A program made the position numbers and the translations under genes. From Macrostomum lignano (lineage: Eukaryota): DNA of 64,000 bases. This document shows, in pieces, positions 22,781 through 64,000 of the stretch. The notes beneath the pieces were generated by a model that was given only the letters and a program-made list of their open reading frames with translations, had not been told where the DNA came from and ran no database searches. Within the stretch, counting starts at the first letter, position 1. Each line of letters opens with the position of its first letter. The DNA lies in contig NIVC01003223.1 in NCBI GenBank assembly GCA_002269645.1, positions 1-64,000 of the forward strand. Reading direction: 5' to 3'.

Positions 22781-25416
22781 ATGACCAAGCGCAAGGCGGC
22801 AGCAACCGCAGCAGCAGCTGGGTTATCGCAGCCAACCCGAGCTAAAAGTGCTCGCACTGCGGCAGCTAACAAAGCATCGACTTCATCAAAATTGCCGCCG
22901 AATTTCGAATGGACTCAAGCTGGCGGATTAGCCAAGCCCGGCGTACCGCACATGTTCGTGCTGTCGTCTTCAACCGCCGCGGCGGCGAAAAAGTGCGCCG
23001 TATTCGACATTGACTGGTGCCTCATCAAGCCCAAGTCTGGTGGAAAATGGCCAAAGAATGCCACCGATTGGTGCTGGCTGTTTGACTCTGTGCCGGATAA
23101 GCTGAAGCAGTTGCACTCAGACGGCTATCGGCTGCTGTTCATCTCCAATCAGTCGGGCTTTGAGAAGGGCACCACCAGTCCCAAAGAGATTATGCAGAAA
23201 TGCGAATTGGTTATTAGCGAGCTGGGCGTGCCTGCTGATGTCATTCTGATTGGCTCAGTCAGTCATTTTCGTAAGCCCGACATTGGCGCCTGGGAGTTCT
23301 TCGTGAGGGACTGCAACGGCGGCGTTGAGGTGAGCGAATGCTGACAGAGTGGGACACTCTGTGGGACAGGGACTGTGGGACAGGGAGAGTGGGATAGGGA
23401 GAGTGTGGGACAGGGAGAAGTGTGGGACAGGGAGAGTGTGGGACAGGGGTGGTGTAAGACAGGGAGAGTGTGGGACAGGGAGAGTGTGGGATAGGGAGAG
23501 TGTGGGACAGGCAGAGTGTGGGACAGGGAGAGTGTGGGACAGGCAGAGTGTGGGACAGGGAGAGTGTGGGACAGGGAGAGTGTGGGACAGGCAGTGTGTG
23601 GGACAGGGAGAGTGTGGGACAGGCAGTGTGTGGGACAGGAAATATGGGACAATTAATTTTCGAGCAATCCCCTCTTTAAACTCGAACCCAACTCCCCCAG
23701 TTCGACCAGTCGTCCAGTTTCTTTGTCGGCGACGCGGCCGGCCGCCCAGCCAGCGGGTCGCGCAAGAAGGATTTCTCCTGCTCCGACCGGATGTTCGCCG
23801 CCAACATCGGCCTGCCGTTCAGCACGCCGGAAGAATTCTTTCTAGACGAGCCGAAGTCCGAGTTCGATTGGGGCGCACCGAGTCCGCAGAGCTTGCTGAA
23901 CGCGGCGGCGAGCTGCAGCCTACCGGGGGTGAGTCTGTTAATCCGGATTATCTCAACATTAATAATGTCCCCACCTGGAGTAACTCTAAATTAGAAATAT
24001 CCCAACCTGGATTATCCCTATATTAGAAATATCCCCACCTGGATTATCTACCTAAAGTAGAAATATACCCACCTAGACTATCCCTCCCTAAATTAAAAAT
24101 ATTCCCACTTGGATTATCCCTCCCTAGATTAGAAATATACCCACTTGGATTATCCCTCCCTAAATTAGAAATATCCCCACTTGGATTATCCCTAAATTAA
24201 AAATATCCCACCTAGACTATCCCTCCCTAAATTAAAAATATTCCAACTTGGATTATCCCTCCCTAAATTAGAAATATTCCCACTTGGATTATCCCTCCTT
24301 AAATTAGAAATATCCCCACCTGTATTATCCCTCCCTAAATTAGAAATATCCCCACCTGGATTATCCCTAAATTAGAAACATCCCCACCTGGATTATCCGT
24401 ACTTTAAAAATATATCCACCTGGATTATCTCTAAATTACAAATATCCCCACTTGGATTATCTCTCCCTAGAATGGAAATATCCCCACTTGGACTATCCCT
24501 CCTTAAATTAGAAATATCCCCACCTGGATTATCCCTAAATTAGAAATATCCCCACCTGGATTATCCCGACATAAATAATCGCCAATCTCCCCTACTCAAT
24601 CAAGAACCTGTTGTCAAGGAGGCAACCGGAGCTGCTGCTGACCGTAGGCGCCCCAGCCTGCGGCAAGTCCAGCCTGGCTGAGCGCGTGTTCGTGGGCGAG
24701 CAGGGCTACTCCAGGGCCAACAGGGACCTGTTGAAAACGCCGGCCGCATGCCTGAGAGTGGCCGAGGAGGCGATTAAGAGCGGCAAGTCGGTCATTGTGG
24801 ACAACACTAATCCGTCTAGGCAGGATCGGGCCCAGTACCTGGAGCTGGCTAAGAGGCTTAAGGTGTGCGCACTGCTAATTACGAGCTATCTTGATGATCC
24901 TAACAAATTTTCCTAATTTTCCACGACGATTAGATCCCAAATAATCCCAATTTTCTCCCAAGGGTTAGACCCTAAATTATGCTAATTTCTTCCAAATATT
25001 AGATTCCAAATCATTCACATTTTTCCCAAATATTAGACCCAAAATCATCCAAATTTCTTCCAAATATTGGATCCTAAATCATCCCACGACCAGATCCAGA
25101 ATGACAATGATAACTGATCAGGGATTCCTTCATCACGATAGTAACTGATTTATCCCAGGTGCCAGCCCGCTGCTTGCTAATGACAACAGACAAGGCCCTG
25201 GCCGAGCACCTGAACATGTTTCGCCAAAGCCAAACGGCCAGCAAAGTGCGCCGGGTGCCCCTGGTTGCCTACCGGATGTACTACAGCAAGTACTCAGAGC
25301 CCACTGTTGCCGAGGGCTTCTCAGAGATTGTCCGAGTTCCATTCGTCTACAAGCCCGAGCTGCTTAGCCAGAGAGACAGGAAGCTCATTTTGAATTGGAC
25401 AACGGCTGGCCATTGA
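22781..25416 (+). CDS. PNKP: Bifunctional polynucleotide kinase 3'-phosphatase (no FHA domain)
   Basis: Exons 22781-23329, 23701-23928, 24605-24862, 25159-25416, all phase 0 (430 aa). HAD phosphatase motifs FDIDWCLIKPKSG, ISNQSG, FRKPDIGAW, FFVGDAAGR, DFSCSDRMFAANIGLPFSTPEEFF. Kinase P-loop GAPACGKSS, NRD, VIVDNTNP, EGFSEI. Confidence 0.95.
23345..23640. repeat. Intronic 16-bp G-rich minisatellite (GAGTGTGGGACAGGGA)
   Basis: About 18 copies in PNKP intron 1. Confidence 0.92.
23960..24570. repeat. Intronic ~33-bp minisatellite (CCCACTTGGATTATCCCTCCCTAAATTAGAAATAT)
   Basis: Degenerate tandem copies filling PNKP intron 2. Confidence 0.88.
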
Positions 25417-26109
25417 GACAGACGCATAAAAGTACACGTTATGTACTTTTTGCTGAATGAAATAACCTTGTTTCCCATAACCTTTAACGGAATTTTTACA
25501 ATTATCCTTATATAACATGTCATGGAATTATTTTTCATGATGTTTACTTAACTGGAGCTTCACTTCACGTGACTTGGCCAGCAATAGATTCCCTTCTGTG
25601 ATTGCAACTCTGTGTAGGTCACTTGACTTTACTAATGCACAGTAGGCACTCACTGCGGCTGCAACTCTGGGTCACGTGACTGCTAATGCACAGTAAGGGG
25701 CACTCTGGGTCACGTGACTTTGCAACTGTAGCTCAGTAATTCAGTTAAACCATTTAATCAACATTGAATTTCTATTTTTCCTCACGCAAAGCACAAAAAT
25801 CCACTATCACTCCACTATACTATAATAAAACGTTTCATTCGATAATAATTTTTAGTCATAAATTTTCTCGTTGTCGCGAATTTTATGGTCTTACACCGTA
25901 CGTAGACAGAGTTTTTCTGAAACTATTTTTTTAAACTAGTTAACAAACTACTAATGAAAATATATAATTTATCTAGATAAGCAGTTAACTTTTTCTGCAA
26001 AAAGTTTTACATATTTTCATTGATTTTCTTGGATCTAGTCAGAACTAACCCACTCGGAATCAACCTCATACACCTACATGTTTGATCTGTGACCCAATCT
26101 CTTAAATAG

Positions 26110-26670
26110 ACACCCCGACACTGACCCACTCGGACTCCCATCACGATGCTTTTGACCCATTTGGCGCGCTAGGATCCTATTTTATCGACCAACTTGAACT
26201 CCATCCTCTCGAACTTCTTAGAACCACTCTGACCCACTCGGACCCACCCGCTTGACCCACTCTGACCCCTCAATCTTGACCCACTCTGACCCCACCCTAT
26301 TGACCCACTGTGACCCCACAATCTTGACCAACTCTGACCCCACCCTCTTGACTCACTCTTACCCACTCTGACCCCACCCTTTTGACCCACTCTTATACCC
26401 ACCCTATTGACCCACTCTTACCCACCCTATTGACCCACTCTTACCCACCCTATTGACCCACTCTTACCCACCCTATTGACCCACTCTTACCCACCCTATT
26501 GACCCACTCTTACCCACCCTATTGACCCACTCTTACCCACCCTCTTGACCCACTCTGACCTCACCCTCTTAACCCACTCTGATCTCACCCTTTCGATCCA
26601 CTCTTACCCACCCTCTTGACCCACTCTGACCTCACCCTCTTGACCCACCCTCTTGACGCACTTAGACTCA
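26110..26670. repeat. Intergenic 23-bp minisatellite (TGACCCACTCTTACCCACCCTAT and variants)
   Basis: Tandem copies with a homogeneous core at 26380-26560. Confidence 0.88.
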
Positions 26671-27569
26671 TTCTCTTGAGCAACCTAGACCCTAGCCTAC
26701 TGTTCCAATCCTACCCTATCCGCAGCAGGTAAATGTGAAGTTACCTGCTCCCTGTTACAAAGGTCTGAATGTGAGGAAAAAAACAACAGCAAATATATAA
26801 ATTTCTTTTTCTGTGCAGTTATTAATTATTAATTATGTACACTGGGGATTACACCTGATGTATTATTATACATTGTATATATTAATTAGGCAACAGTTGT
26901 CGTTAAACAACAATTTTAATATTGCTTACAGTAGCAAGAAGTCTCCAAACGGACAAATGCGAAAAATCAGCATTTGTATCATACTACTATGGATAGCACC
27001 GAGAAAATAATTTTGTAATAAATTTAAAAACAAAATTGAAAATTTGAAAGTTTTAAATTGAAAGCAAGTGACCATTGCGGCGTAAGTGAATACGAGGTAA
27101 GAAAGAGCAAAATTTGTTATAATTTTTGTGCGCGCAAATTCAAATTCAAACTAAAAGTACGTGACAGCAGATAAACAAATTGAATTTGAATTAACAAACT
27201 AAATCAACAGTACATAGAATGCCTAAAAATAGTAAATTGAAATGCGCATACTACTACTGACAAGTAAAATGCTAACCTTAGTTTATTAAAAATAAACAAT
27301 TTGCACGAGATTTCGAGTTGAATTCAAAGTATACGATTGACAAAGTTAATAGAACAAAACCGCTAATTAATTAACTAACGAATAAACAAAGACAAACCGA
27401 CACAGTGCTTAAAGCTTTTTATCCGTTATCATACGACTAGGAAATAATGAGTTCATGAAAAAGACAAACAAATATATATATATATAATATATGGCTGTAA
27501 CAAACCAAATTTTACAAGAATGACAAAAAATAAATAAATTATAAAAAATACACCAGAAAGTCAGTTACA

Positions 27570-28275
27570 AAGTGGGTCAGGTAGTCAATAAGTGAGTCAG
27601 CAAGTGAGCCAAGAAGTGAGTAAATTAGTGGGTCAGGTTATCAGTGAATAAGTGGGTCAAGTAGTCAATAAGTGGGCCAGGTAGTGAGTCAATAAATGGG
27701 CCAGGCAGTAAGTCAATAAGTAGGTCAGGTAGTGAGTCAATAAGTGGGCCAGGTAGTGAGTCAATAAGTGGGTCAGGTAGTGAATCAATAAGTGGGTCAG
27801 GTAGTGAGTCAATAAGTGGGTCAGGTAGTGAGTCAATAAGTGGGCCAGGTAGTGAATCAATAAGTGGGTCAGGTAGTGAGTCAATAAGTGGGTCAGGTAG
27901 TGAGTCAATAAGTGGGCCAGGTAGTGAGTCAATAAGTGGGCCAGGTAGTGAGTCAATAAGTGGGTCAGGTAGTGAGTCAATAAGTGGGTCAAGTAGTGAG
28001 TCAATAAGTGGGCCAGGTAGTGAGTCAATAAGTTGGTCAGGTAGTGAGTCAATAAGTGGGTCAGGTAGTGAGTCAATAAGTGGGTCAGGTAGTGAGTCAA
28101 TAAGTGGGTCAGGTAGTGAGTCAATAAGTGGGTCAGGTAGTGAGTCAATAAGTAGGTCAGGTAGTGAGTCAATAAGTGGGCCAGGTAGTGAGTCAATAAG
28201 TAGGCCAGGTAGTGAGTCAATAAGTAGGTCAGGTAGTGTCAGAAGGTGGGTCAATGTTAGGTTAGTAAGTAGGTC
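27570..28275. repeat. 24-bp minisatellite (GTGAGTCAATAAGTGGGTCAGGTA)
   Basis: About 28 copies; explains the ORFs LIDSLPDP/THYLTHLL. Confidence 0.95.
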
Positions 28276-28329
28276 AGACAATGAATCCGTAACTAAATTT
28301 GGTTGTGCTTAATTGGGAAGTCTAAGGAG

Positions 28330-28535
28330 CAGCACATTCAACTCAGTATTTGAGCATCACCCAGCAGCACACAACTCAGTATTTGAGCATCACTCAGCAG
28401 CACACAACTCAGTATTTGAGCATCACTCAGCAGCACAAATACACAACTCAGTATTTGAGCATCACTCAGCAGCACACAACTCAGTATTTGAGCAGCACAT
28501 TCAACTCAGTATTTGAGCAACACATTCAACTCAGT
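28330..28535. repeat. ~24-33-bp tandem repeat (AACTCAGTATTTGAGCATCACTCAGCAGCACAC) abutting the SLBP stop codon
   Basis: About 7 copies, the last overlapping the stop at 28531. Confidence 0.85.
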
Positions 28536-29953
28536 GCTTGAGCTTCTTGGAGGGCGAGTCGGTGAGGGCGGAGGACCTCTTGCGGGTGAGTCTGGGACAG
28601 GCGGCTCCCACAGCGAGTCCCTGAACATCGCTGGTCAAGCCGCTGTGCAGAGCGTCGGGCTGGACGCTGGAGGTGGCGGCAGGTACAGCGGTGAGGGTCC
28701 GAGAGTCGCCGTCTTCATCGTCAGCCGGAAGCTTCGCAGGCGGTGGCGGCGGCGTGGACGATGGCGAGGACCGCGGCGAGATGCCAGCGCTGCTGCTGGC
28801 TGCGTCATCCCAGCGATGAAGCTGCAGCTTCCACTGCTTGACGCAGCCGTCCCAGGCTCTGCGGGACATTCGCACGAACTTGTTCGGAGTTCGCGGGTCG
28901 CCCTTCTCCCGCAGAGGCTTCGGCACCGACTTCACGTAGTTCGCGTACGCCGTCAGGTTCTTCGACTTGTCGATGTCGCGCTGCCGACGCAGCAGAACCG
29001 CCTCATCGTCCTCCATCTCGAAGCAGCTGCCGTCTGAGGCGTTTGAGTTCAGCGATGAGTTCAAGTTGCCTCCCACGCTGCTGTTGAGGCTCTGCGACAG
29101 CCGCTTCTGCGCCTGCTTGGCCTCGTAGCGCTGCCTGTCGAGTCGCGTCGTCTCGAACAGCTCGTCCTGCTTGGCCCAGTCCGTGTACATGGGGATGCGC
29201 TCCTTCACCTGGGGATGGGGTGCGGCTGCTCAGTACCTGAGATACCTGGGATGGGGTGCGGCTGCTCAGTACCTGGGATACCTGGGATGGGGTGCGGCTG
29301 CTCAGTACCTGGGATACCTGGGATGGGGTGCGGCTGCTGAGTACCTGAGATACCTGGGATGGGGTGCGGCTGTTCAGTACCTGGGAAACCTGAGATGGGG
29401 TGCGGCTGCTCAGTACCTGGGATACATGGGATGGGGTGCGGCTGCTCACTACCTGGGATACCTGGGATGGGGTGCGGCTGCTCAGTACCTGGGATACCTG
29501 GGATGGGGTGCGGCTGCTCATGCTCAGTACCTGGGATACCTGGGATGGGGTGCGGCTGCTCATGCTCAGTACCTGGGATACCTGGGATGGGGTGCGGCTG
29601 CTCAGTACCTGGGATACCTGGGATGGGGTGCGGCTGCTCATGCTCAGTACCTGGGATACCTGGGATGGGGTGTGGCTGCTCAGTACCTGGGATACCTGGG
29701 ATGCTCCCAATACCCCAGCAAGCGCACGCACCTGCCGCAGCTCAATGCTTGGATCATATCGCAGGTGTCTCGGCACCCCGCCAGCCAGGCTGTTCCGCCC
29801 GCCAGCAAAGCCGTGGCGCCGACCGCCCCTGCCAGCCAGTGAGGAGCCGGCGGCAGCAGAGGCTGGCAGCGATGGCCGCGAGATTCGACTCCGGGACCTG
29901 CTGGTGTCCCTGCGGCGCTGCGGCGAGGCTGCCTTCCTGTGACGGGTCTCCAT
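28531..29953 (-). CDS. SLBP: Histone RNA stem-loop binding protein
   Basis: Exons 29953-29732 and 29208-28531 (299 aa), phase 0. RNA-binding domain EDDEAVLLRRQRDIDKSKNLTAYANYVKSVPKPLREKGDPRTPNKFVRMSRRAWDGCVKQWKLQLHRWD. Upstream TDWAKQDE resembles the DW translation-activation motif. Confidence 0.92.
29209..29702. repeat. Intronic 36/42-bp minisatellite containing acceptor-like CCCCATCCCAG|GT on the sense strand
   Basis: About 13 copies filling the SLBP intron. Confidence 0.95.
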
Positions 29954-31038
29954 AACTATACACAAAGCTTTGATTTCGTCTAGTATATAAAACAAGCCTT
30001 TAAGTTGTCTCTCTGTAGTGTGTACATAAGGTAGAATGATTAGTATATTTTCATTATTGCACAGGCAAAATAACATAGAGCCACAGATATGTGTCTTATT
30101 TATTACAAAAATGAATTTATCAGTGTTGGGCACTGCTAATGAAAATTTTTACTTCTGTTAATTGCAAAAGTAAAAAAATATTTAATAAAAACTACTTGTA
30201 TATAAAATACTACTAAGAGTATGTATAAAGTAAAATAAGTAACTTTCATAATTGAAACTTAAAATAATTGACAATTTTAACTCATTAATTGCATGATCAT
30301 CATAAACAGAGATTAATTAGACACCCAGGTAAGTTAGAATGTTTTAACTTCTTATCAGACTTTAATTTATATACTAGTGGAGTAATTGACTATTTAGGAA
30401 TGAACTGGTGCTTAAAACTATTATTAAATAAGCTAAAATGTATCTTAAAATACAGTTAACATTGTTGATCATTAATAAAATAATAAGTATAAATATATAC
30501 ATAAACATCCCCTACTGTAAACAAGGGTCAAATTGTGCCAGACATCCCTTGGTAGCAAATTGGTATACATCTATAATATAATACTAAAACACTCATAGCA
30601 TTTTATTTTAGCATATAATTTAAAATCTACTTGAAGAATAAATTTAAATATTATAGTTTATCCTCTATGTTCCTAATCCTATTTCATTAGGAATAACTAA
30701 GCCAATGATAATAGTTGTGTTTAAATTAAAATATAGGCCTATAATATGAAAAATTGTAGTCATGCATGGTTTCATGCATGGTCTAGTTCCCATAGTTTGG
30801 AATACCCTGTATGTATGCCAGACTAAAATCTCCCATTTACTTTTATTTCATAATTTTATTCTACAACTGCAAGAACATGTTTGCTACTTTATTATTATCC
30901 ATTTTTATACACTAGAAAGTATGCTTACAAAAAAAAATTGGTATGCCAAGTGTTTGCCAAAGTTGTGAGTGTACGCCAGATTAATCTAGCATACCACCCC
31001 TCTTCTAGACTATGGAGTATCGTCTAGTTCTAATCATG

Positions 31039-32309
31039 CCACACTCAGGAAGGTGTACATTATGGCAGAAAATTCCGGCACATATCAACAAAAAATGTGC
31101 ACAAAGTGGCACACACGGCGCACAACAAAGGCTTAGCAGAAGTTTTTAGTGCACAGTGGTGCACAGCAAAACCTGATCAGAAAAATGTAGCTTACAATGA
31201 GTCACCTAAATGTATAATCTGCATATGCAGTGCATAAAATATGCTGTAAGATTACGTATTTTCCAAGCACATCAATAAAAAAATTGTTTCTTGGTAAGTG
31301 AAACGAAAAATAAATTTCAAAATGGGATTTTACTGCGAAGTTAAAGCTATTTCTTTTGACAATTTTCTATGTAAGCTAAAATAAAGCAAAAGTTTTGAGT
31401 TGAAAAAAAACCTACATAAGGGAATACAATCCACTTCAGTAACAACCATTTAGGTAACAGCCACTTGGGTAACAAAAAATGACCACTTTGATAACAGCCA
31501 TTTTGGTAACAGCTCACCAACAGCAGCTACTTTGGTAACACAAATTTACGACTGTCAACACTTTATTTTTATAATAACTTGGTTTGCTATAGTTAGTTTA
31601 ACAATTAACATCTCAAATATCTTATTGTCACATACTATCGTTAAACTTTCTAGTTAAACTGTGTTATACTTCGTTTAAACTTGCACGTTAACTTTGTGAA
31701 AAATTTAAAGGCAACGAAAATTAAGCAAACCACGCGCGAGCTGGCCTGCCTGGCCGGCCATATGTTAAAAATGAAAAAAAATATTTTAAATAACTAATAA
31801 AGAAAGTATTAATAAGTATTAATAAAGAAAGTAGATTCTGTAGTACCAAGTCGCTATTTGCTAACTAGATCAAAGATTCTAATGTACATGGTACACAATA
31901 TTTGGTCAATTACAGGATGTCTTGGGTGCATACATGTTTTTGACTTATCCGGAAATTAAATAGATTGGTTAAAACATTTTTAAACAACTTAAATAAATGC
32001 ATACCTGCGTTGTTGTTGTCGTTCTTTCTTCAAAGTTTGTTCACGCATTCTTTTGGACCATGGACCTATCAATTAATACATTTTATATATTATTCTCACT
32101 TGTTACCGAAGTGGCTGTTACCGAAATGGCTATTACCGAAGTGGACTGTTGTCTGTTACCACATAAGGTACAAAAATTTATCCATTTTTATAGTTTTGTT
32201 TTAATTGGACTTTTTGCACAAATTCATATTTTAGCTTTGCGCACAGTGCATACTCCAAAAATACACTGAAATATATTCCCGTGCACATGTGACACCTTCC
32301 TAAGTGTGG
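31039..32309. mobile_element. Non-autonomous DNA transposon (TIR element) hosting a nested element
   Basis: Left end CCACACTCAGGAAGGTGTACAT matches the reverse complement of the right end, CCACACTTAGGAAGGTGTCACAT. Flanked by TAATCATG (31031-31038) and TAATCATA (32310-32317), a candidate 8-bp TSD. No transposase. Confidence 0.6.
31422..32160. mobile_element. MITE-like element with ~45-bp subterminal inverted repeats
   Basis: 31431-31475 CCACTTCAGTAACAACCATTTAGGTAACAGCCACTTGGGTAACAA is the near reverse complement of 32100-32144. Exact direct repeat ACATAAGG at 31414-31421 and 32161-32168. Confidence 0.65.
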
Positions 32310-34331
32310 TAATCATACACAAGATCATAGTTGGTTGATCCCTAAAATAGAATAACACTATAACAAAATGTAGAATCTATTGCTATTGACAGGAATCTAT
32401 AGCTATCTATATAAATTGCAGAATGACTGCAGATTCTAATAACTTTAAGTAAAATTCAAATGCAAGATAGCTAAATGCCTAAGGCTAAAATGCAGTATGA
32501 ACTATTATAATTATAGGGCCTATTACAACAATAAAGCCTTCAAAATTTGACCAAACTGCTAAAGAGAAAATTATGATAATATTTTCAACACCCATCAATA
32601 GCCATATTTTTCATGAAAGAACCTAGGCACCTATACTTTTATTTTTTGTATAGGCCTACATATTTAGTCCAAAGTTGTGAAGACAAAACAACAATAGCCT
32701 AATATTGAAATGACAGTTGACAATGCCCTATAATACAACTTGTACAAGACTGCAAGTGCAAAACAGCAATGCTAGCATAGTACATTGTCAATACTACTTA
32801 CAATACAATAATGGTAGGGGCCTAGGGCCTACACCACCTAGCCACTAGTTTTTGTTGATTAAATTGACTCAATCTAGGCCCTATCTAAATCTAGTGAATC
32901 CAATAATATTAATTAACTTTAAATGGCTAGCACGTGCAGAATTCACACGTGAATTAAGACTGTATAAATGGCAATGCAAAACGCACAAGTGCCTTGCAGT
33001 TTCAATTCAATGTCGTCGGATGTCGTATGTATACAAATGCGAATTTATAGCGGCAACAAGGTTCGAAGGCAATTGATATTAATTAACACCAAGACACTTA
33101 AAAAATAATATCAGATTGGGCAAATATTTTTATCAAAGTTATAAAACATGTTTTATAGTGTACTACACAAGTTAGAAAGCTAAATATTAGTTTAAAAAAA
33201 TAAAAACAAGTAGCTGAATCTTAATGAAACATAGCGACTTGATCTGGAGTTTGTTATTATAAAGCGATGTGTACTTGACCTAATCCAATAGAATTTGCTA
33301 TTTATTGATGATACCAGTAATTTAAAAGTTCTTTCAGGCCAAAAAGTATGGCCCAAATTTTTTTGCCCACGCGGCTGAGAGGGGCATGCATGCCCCCCTT
33401 GCAACTAGGATCCAACACTGATCGGAATCCAGCCAGGCCTTCCTACGGGAAATCTGGTCGGAATCCAACGACGTACATGTATATACAGACCAAAATAATT
33501 TAATCCCGTCAAATTCCAACGTCCAACAAAGTTGGATGTCCAACATACATCCAAAGTCGGATTCCGACCAAATTTTCCGGAGCACAAGTCTGACTGGATT
33601 CCGATGAAGAATTCAGATGGCTAGCTGAATGTTTTTTCATGCAATGGTTCTCATTTGGCGCGAATTCGGCAAAACAAGTTTGTGTAAAGTGACTTGATAT
33701 TCGTTTGCTGAAAATAAAAGAAATTTTCAAAAGTTGAGATTCTCGCGAGAATTAGTCAGCTTTATATGTACACCAGCAAAAGACTCAACTCTTACAGAGA
33801 TAGCAAGCTACATGGCGTCCAATTCGGTTAATTAATTTCGTATTAAGTGCAGTACATGTATCACGTACAAGTTTAATTTCACTTACAGTACATTTTTAAC
33901 GCGTACGACCGAATCTGTAAGACTTCTGATCCTTAGGTCAAAAATATCATTAGAATTCTTAAAATGTGTACACCTTCATCAAATTAAAGCACATAATTCG
34001 ATCTCAGCAAAGCTTGCAAATACGCTTACACACCTACTTAATTTTGTGGCAAGTTTGTAAAATGTATATGCTTTTGCATGTGTATGACGCTATTATATGT
34101 ATGATTTTCCAGACAATAGGACAAATATAGTATATACCAAAAACTATTTGCAAAAAGCACTTCTAAAAAGTGCGCGAAAGTGAAAGTCCGCAACAGTTAA
34201 ATCAATTCAAAAACATTTCGAAAAGCAGGTGCTCATTCTACAGTAGTCTGAATATTTACTGTGAAAGATATCTCCTGACTGTTAAAAACTGAATTGCAAA
34301 CAATGAATTATAGTTTTCCACACGATTACTG

Positions 34332-64000
<29,669 letters not shown>

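Noticed and set aside
25560-25725. GTCACGTGAC (E-box/CLEAR) palindromes after PNKP
   Set aside because: Two or three copies inside a short decayed tandem duplication, 3' of two convergent genes; no promoter context.

Overview
Eukaryotic (animal) genomic DNA. Short GC-rich exons, often encoding Ala/Gln/Gly runs, alternate with introns almost wholly filled by 16-60 bp minisatellites or 4-bp microsatellites. This style suggests a free-living flatworm such as Macrostomum (inference, not verified). I built spliced gene models by hand, checking GT-AG boundaries and reading-frame phase. The models are: (1) a 5'-truncated multi-exon orphan gene (+, ends 8301); (2) PSMD4/Rpn10 (+, 11752-15230); (3) a small orphan with a possible PH-like fold (+, about 16918/18013-18772); (4) ROPN1L (-, 19772-21014), head-to-head with (5) an FHA-less PNKP (+, 22781-25416); (6) SLBP (-, 28531-29953); (7) a 25+ exon LRRK2-type ROCO kinase (-, 34332 to beyond 64000; ARM-ANK-LRR-ROC-COR-kinase-WD40, about 2630 aa inside the window). 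A nested pair of TIR-bounded non-autonomous DNA elements lies at 31039-32309. Most long ORFs in the supplied track are translated tandem repeats. The most unusual signal is that several intronic arrays are built from the splice site itself. One gives about 13 in-frame donors after an LRRK LRR exon. One has donor copies uniformly changed at +5. One is an SLBP acceptor array in which only the last copy restores the frame. The LRRK2-like protein also naturally carries substitutions at positions equivalent to human T1343, R1398, R1441 and Y1699. Human residue numbers come from my recalled alignments and need checking.
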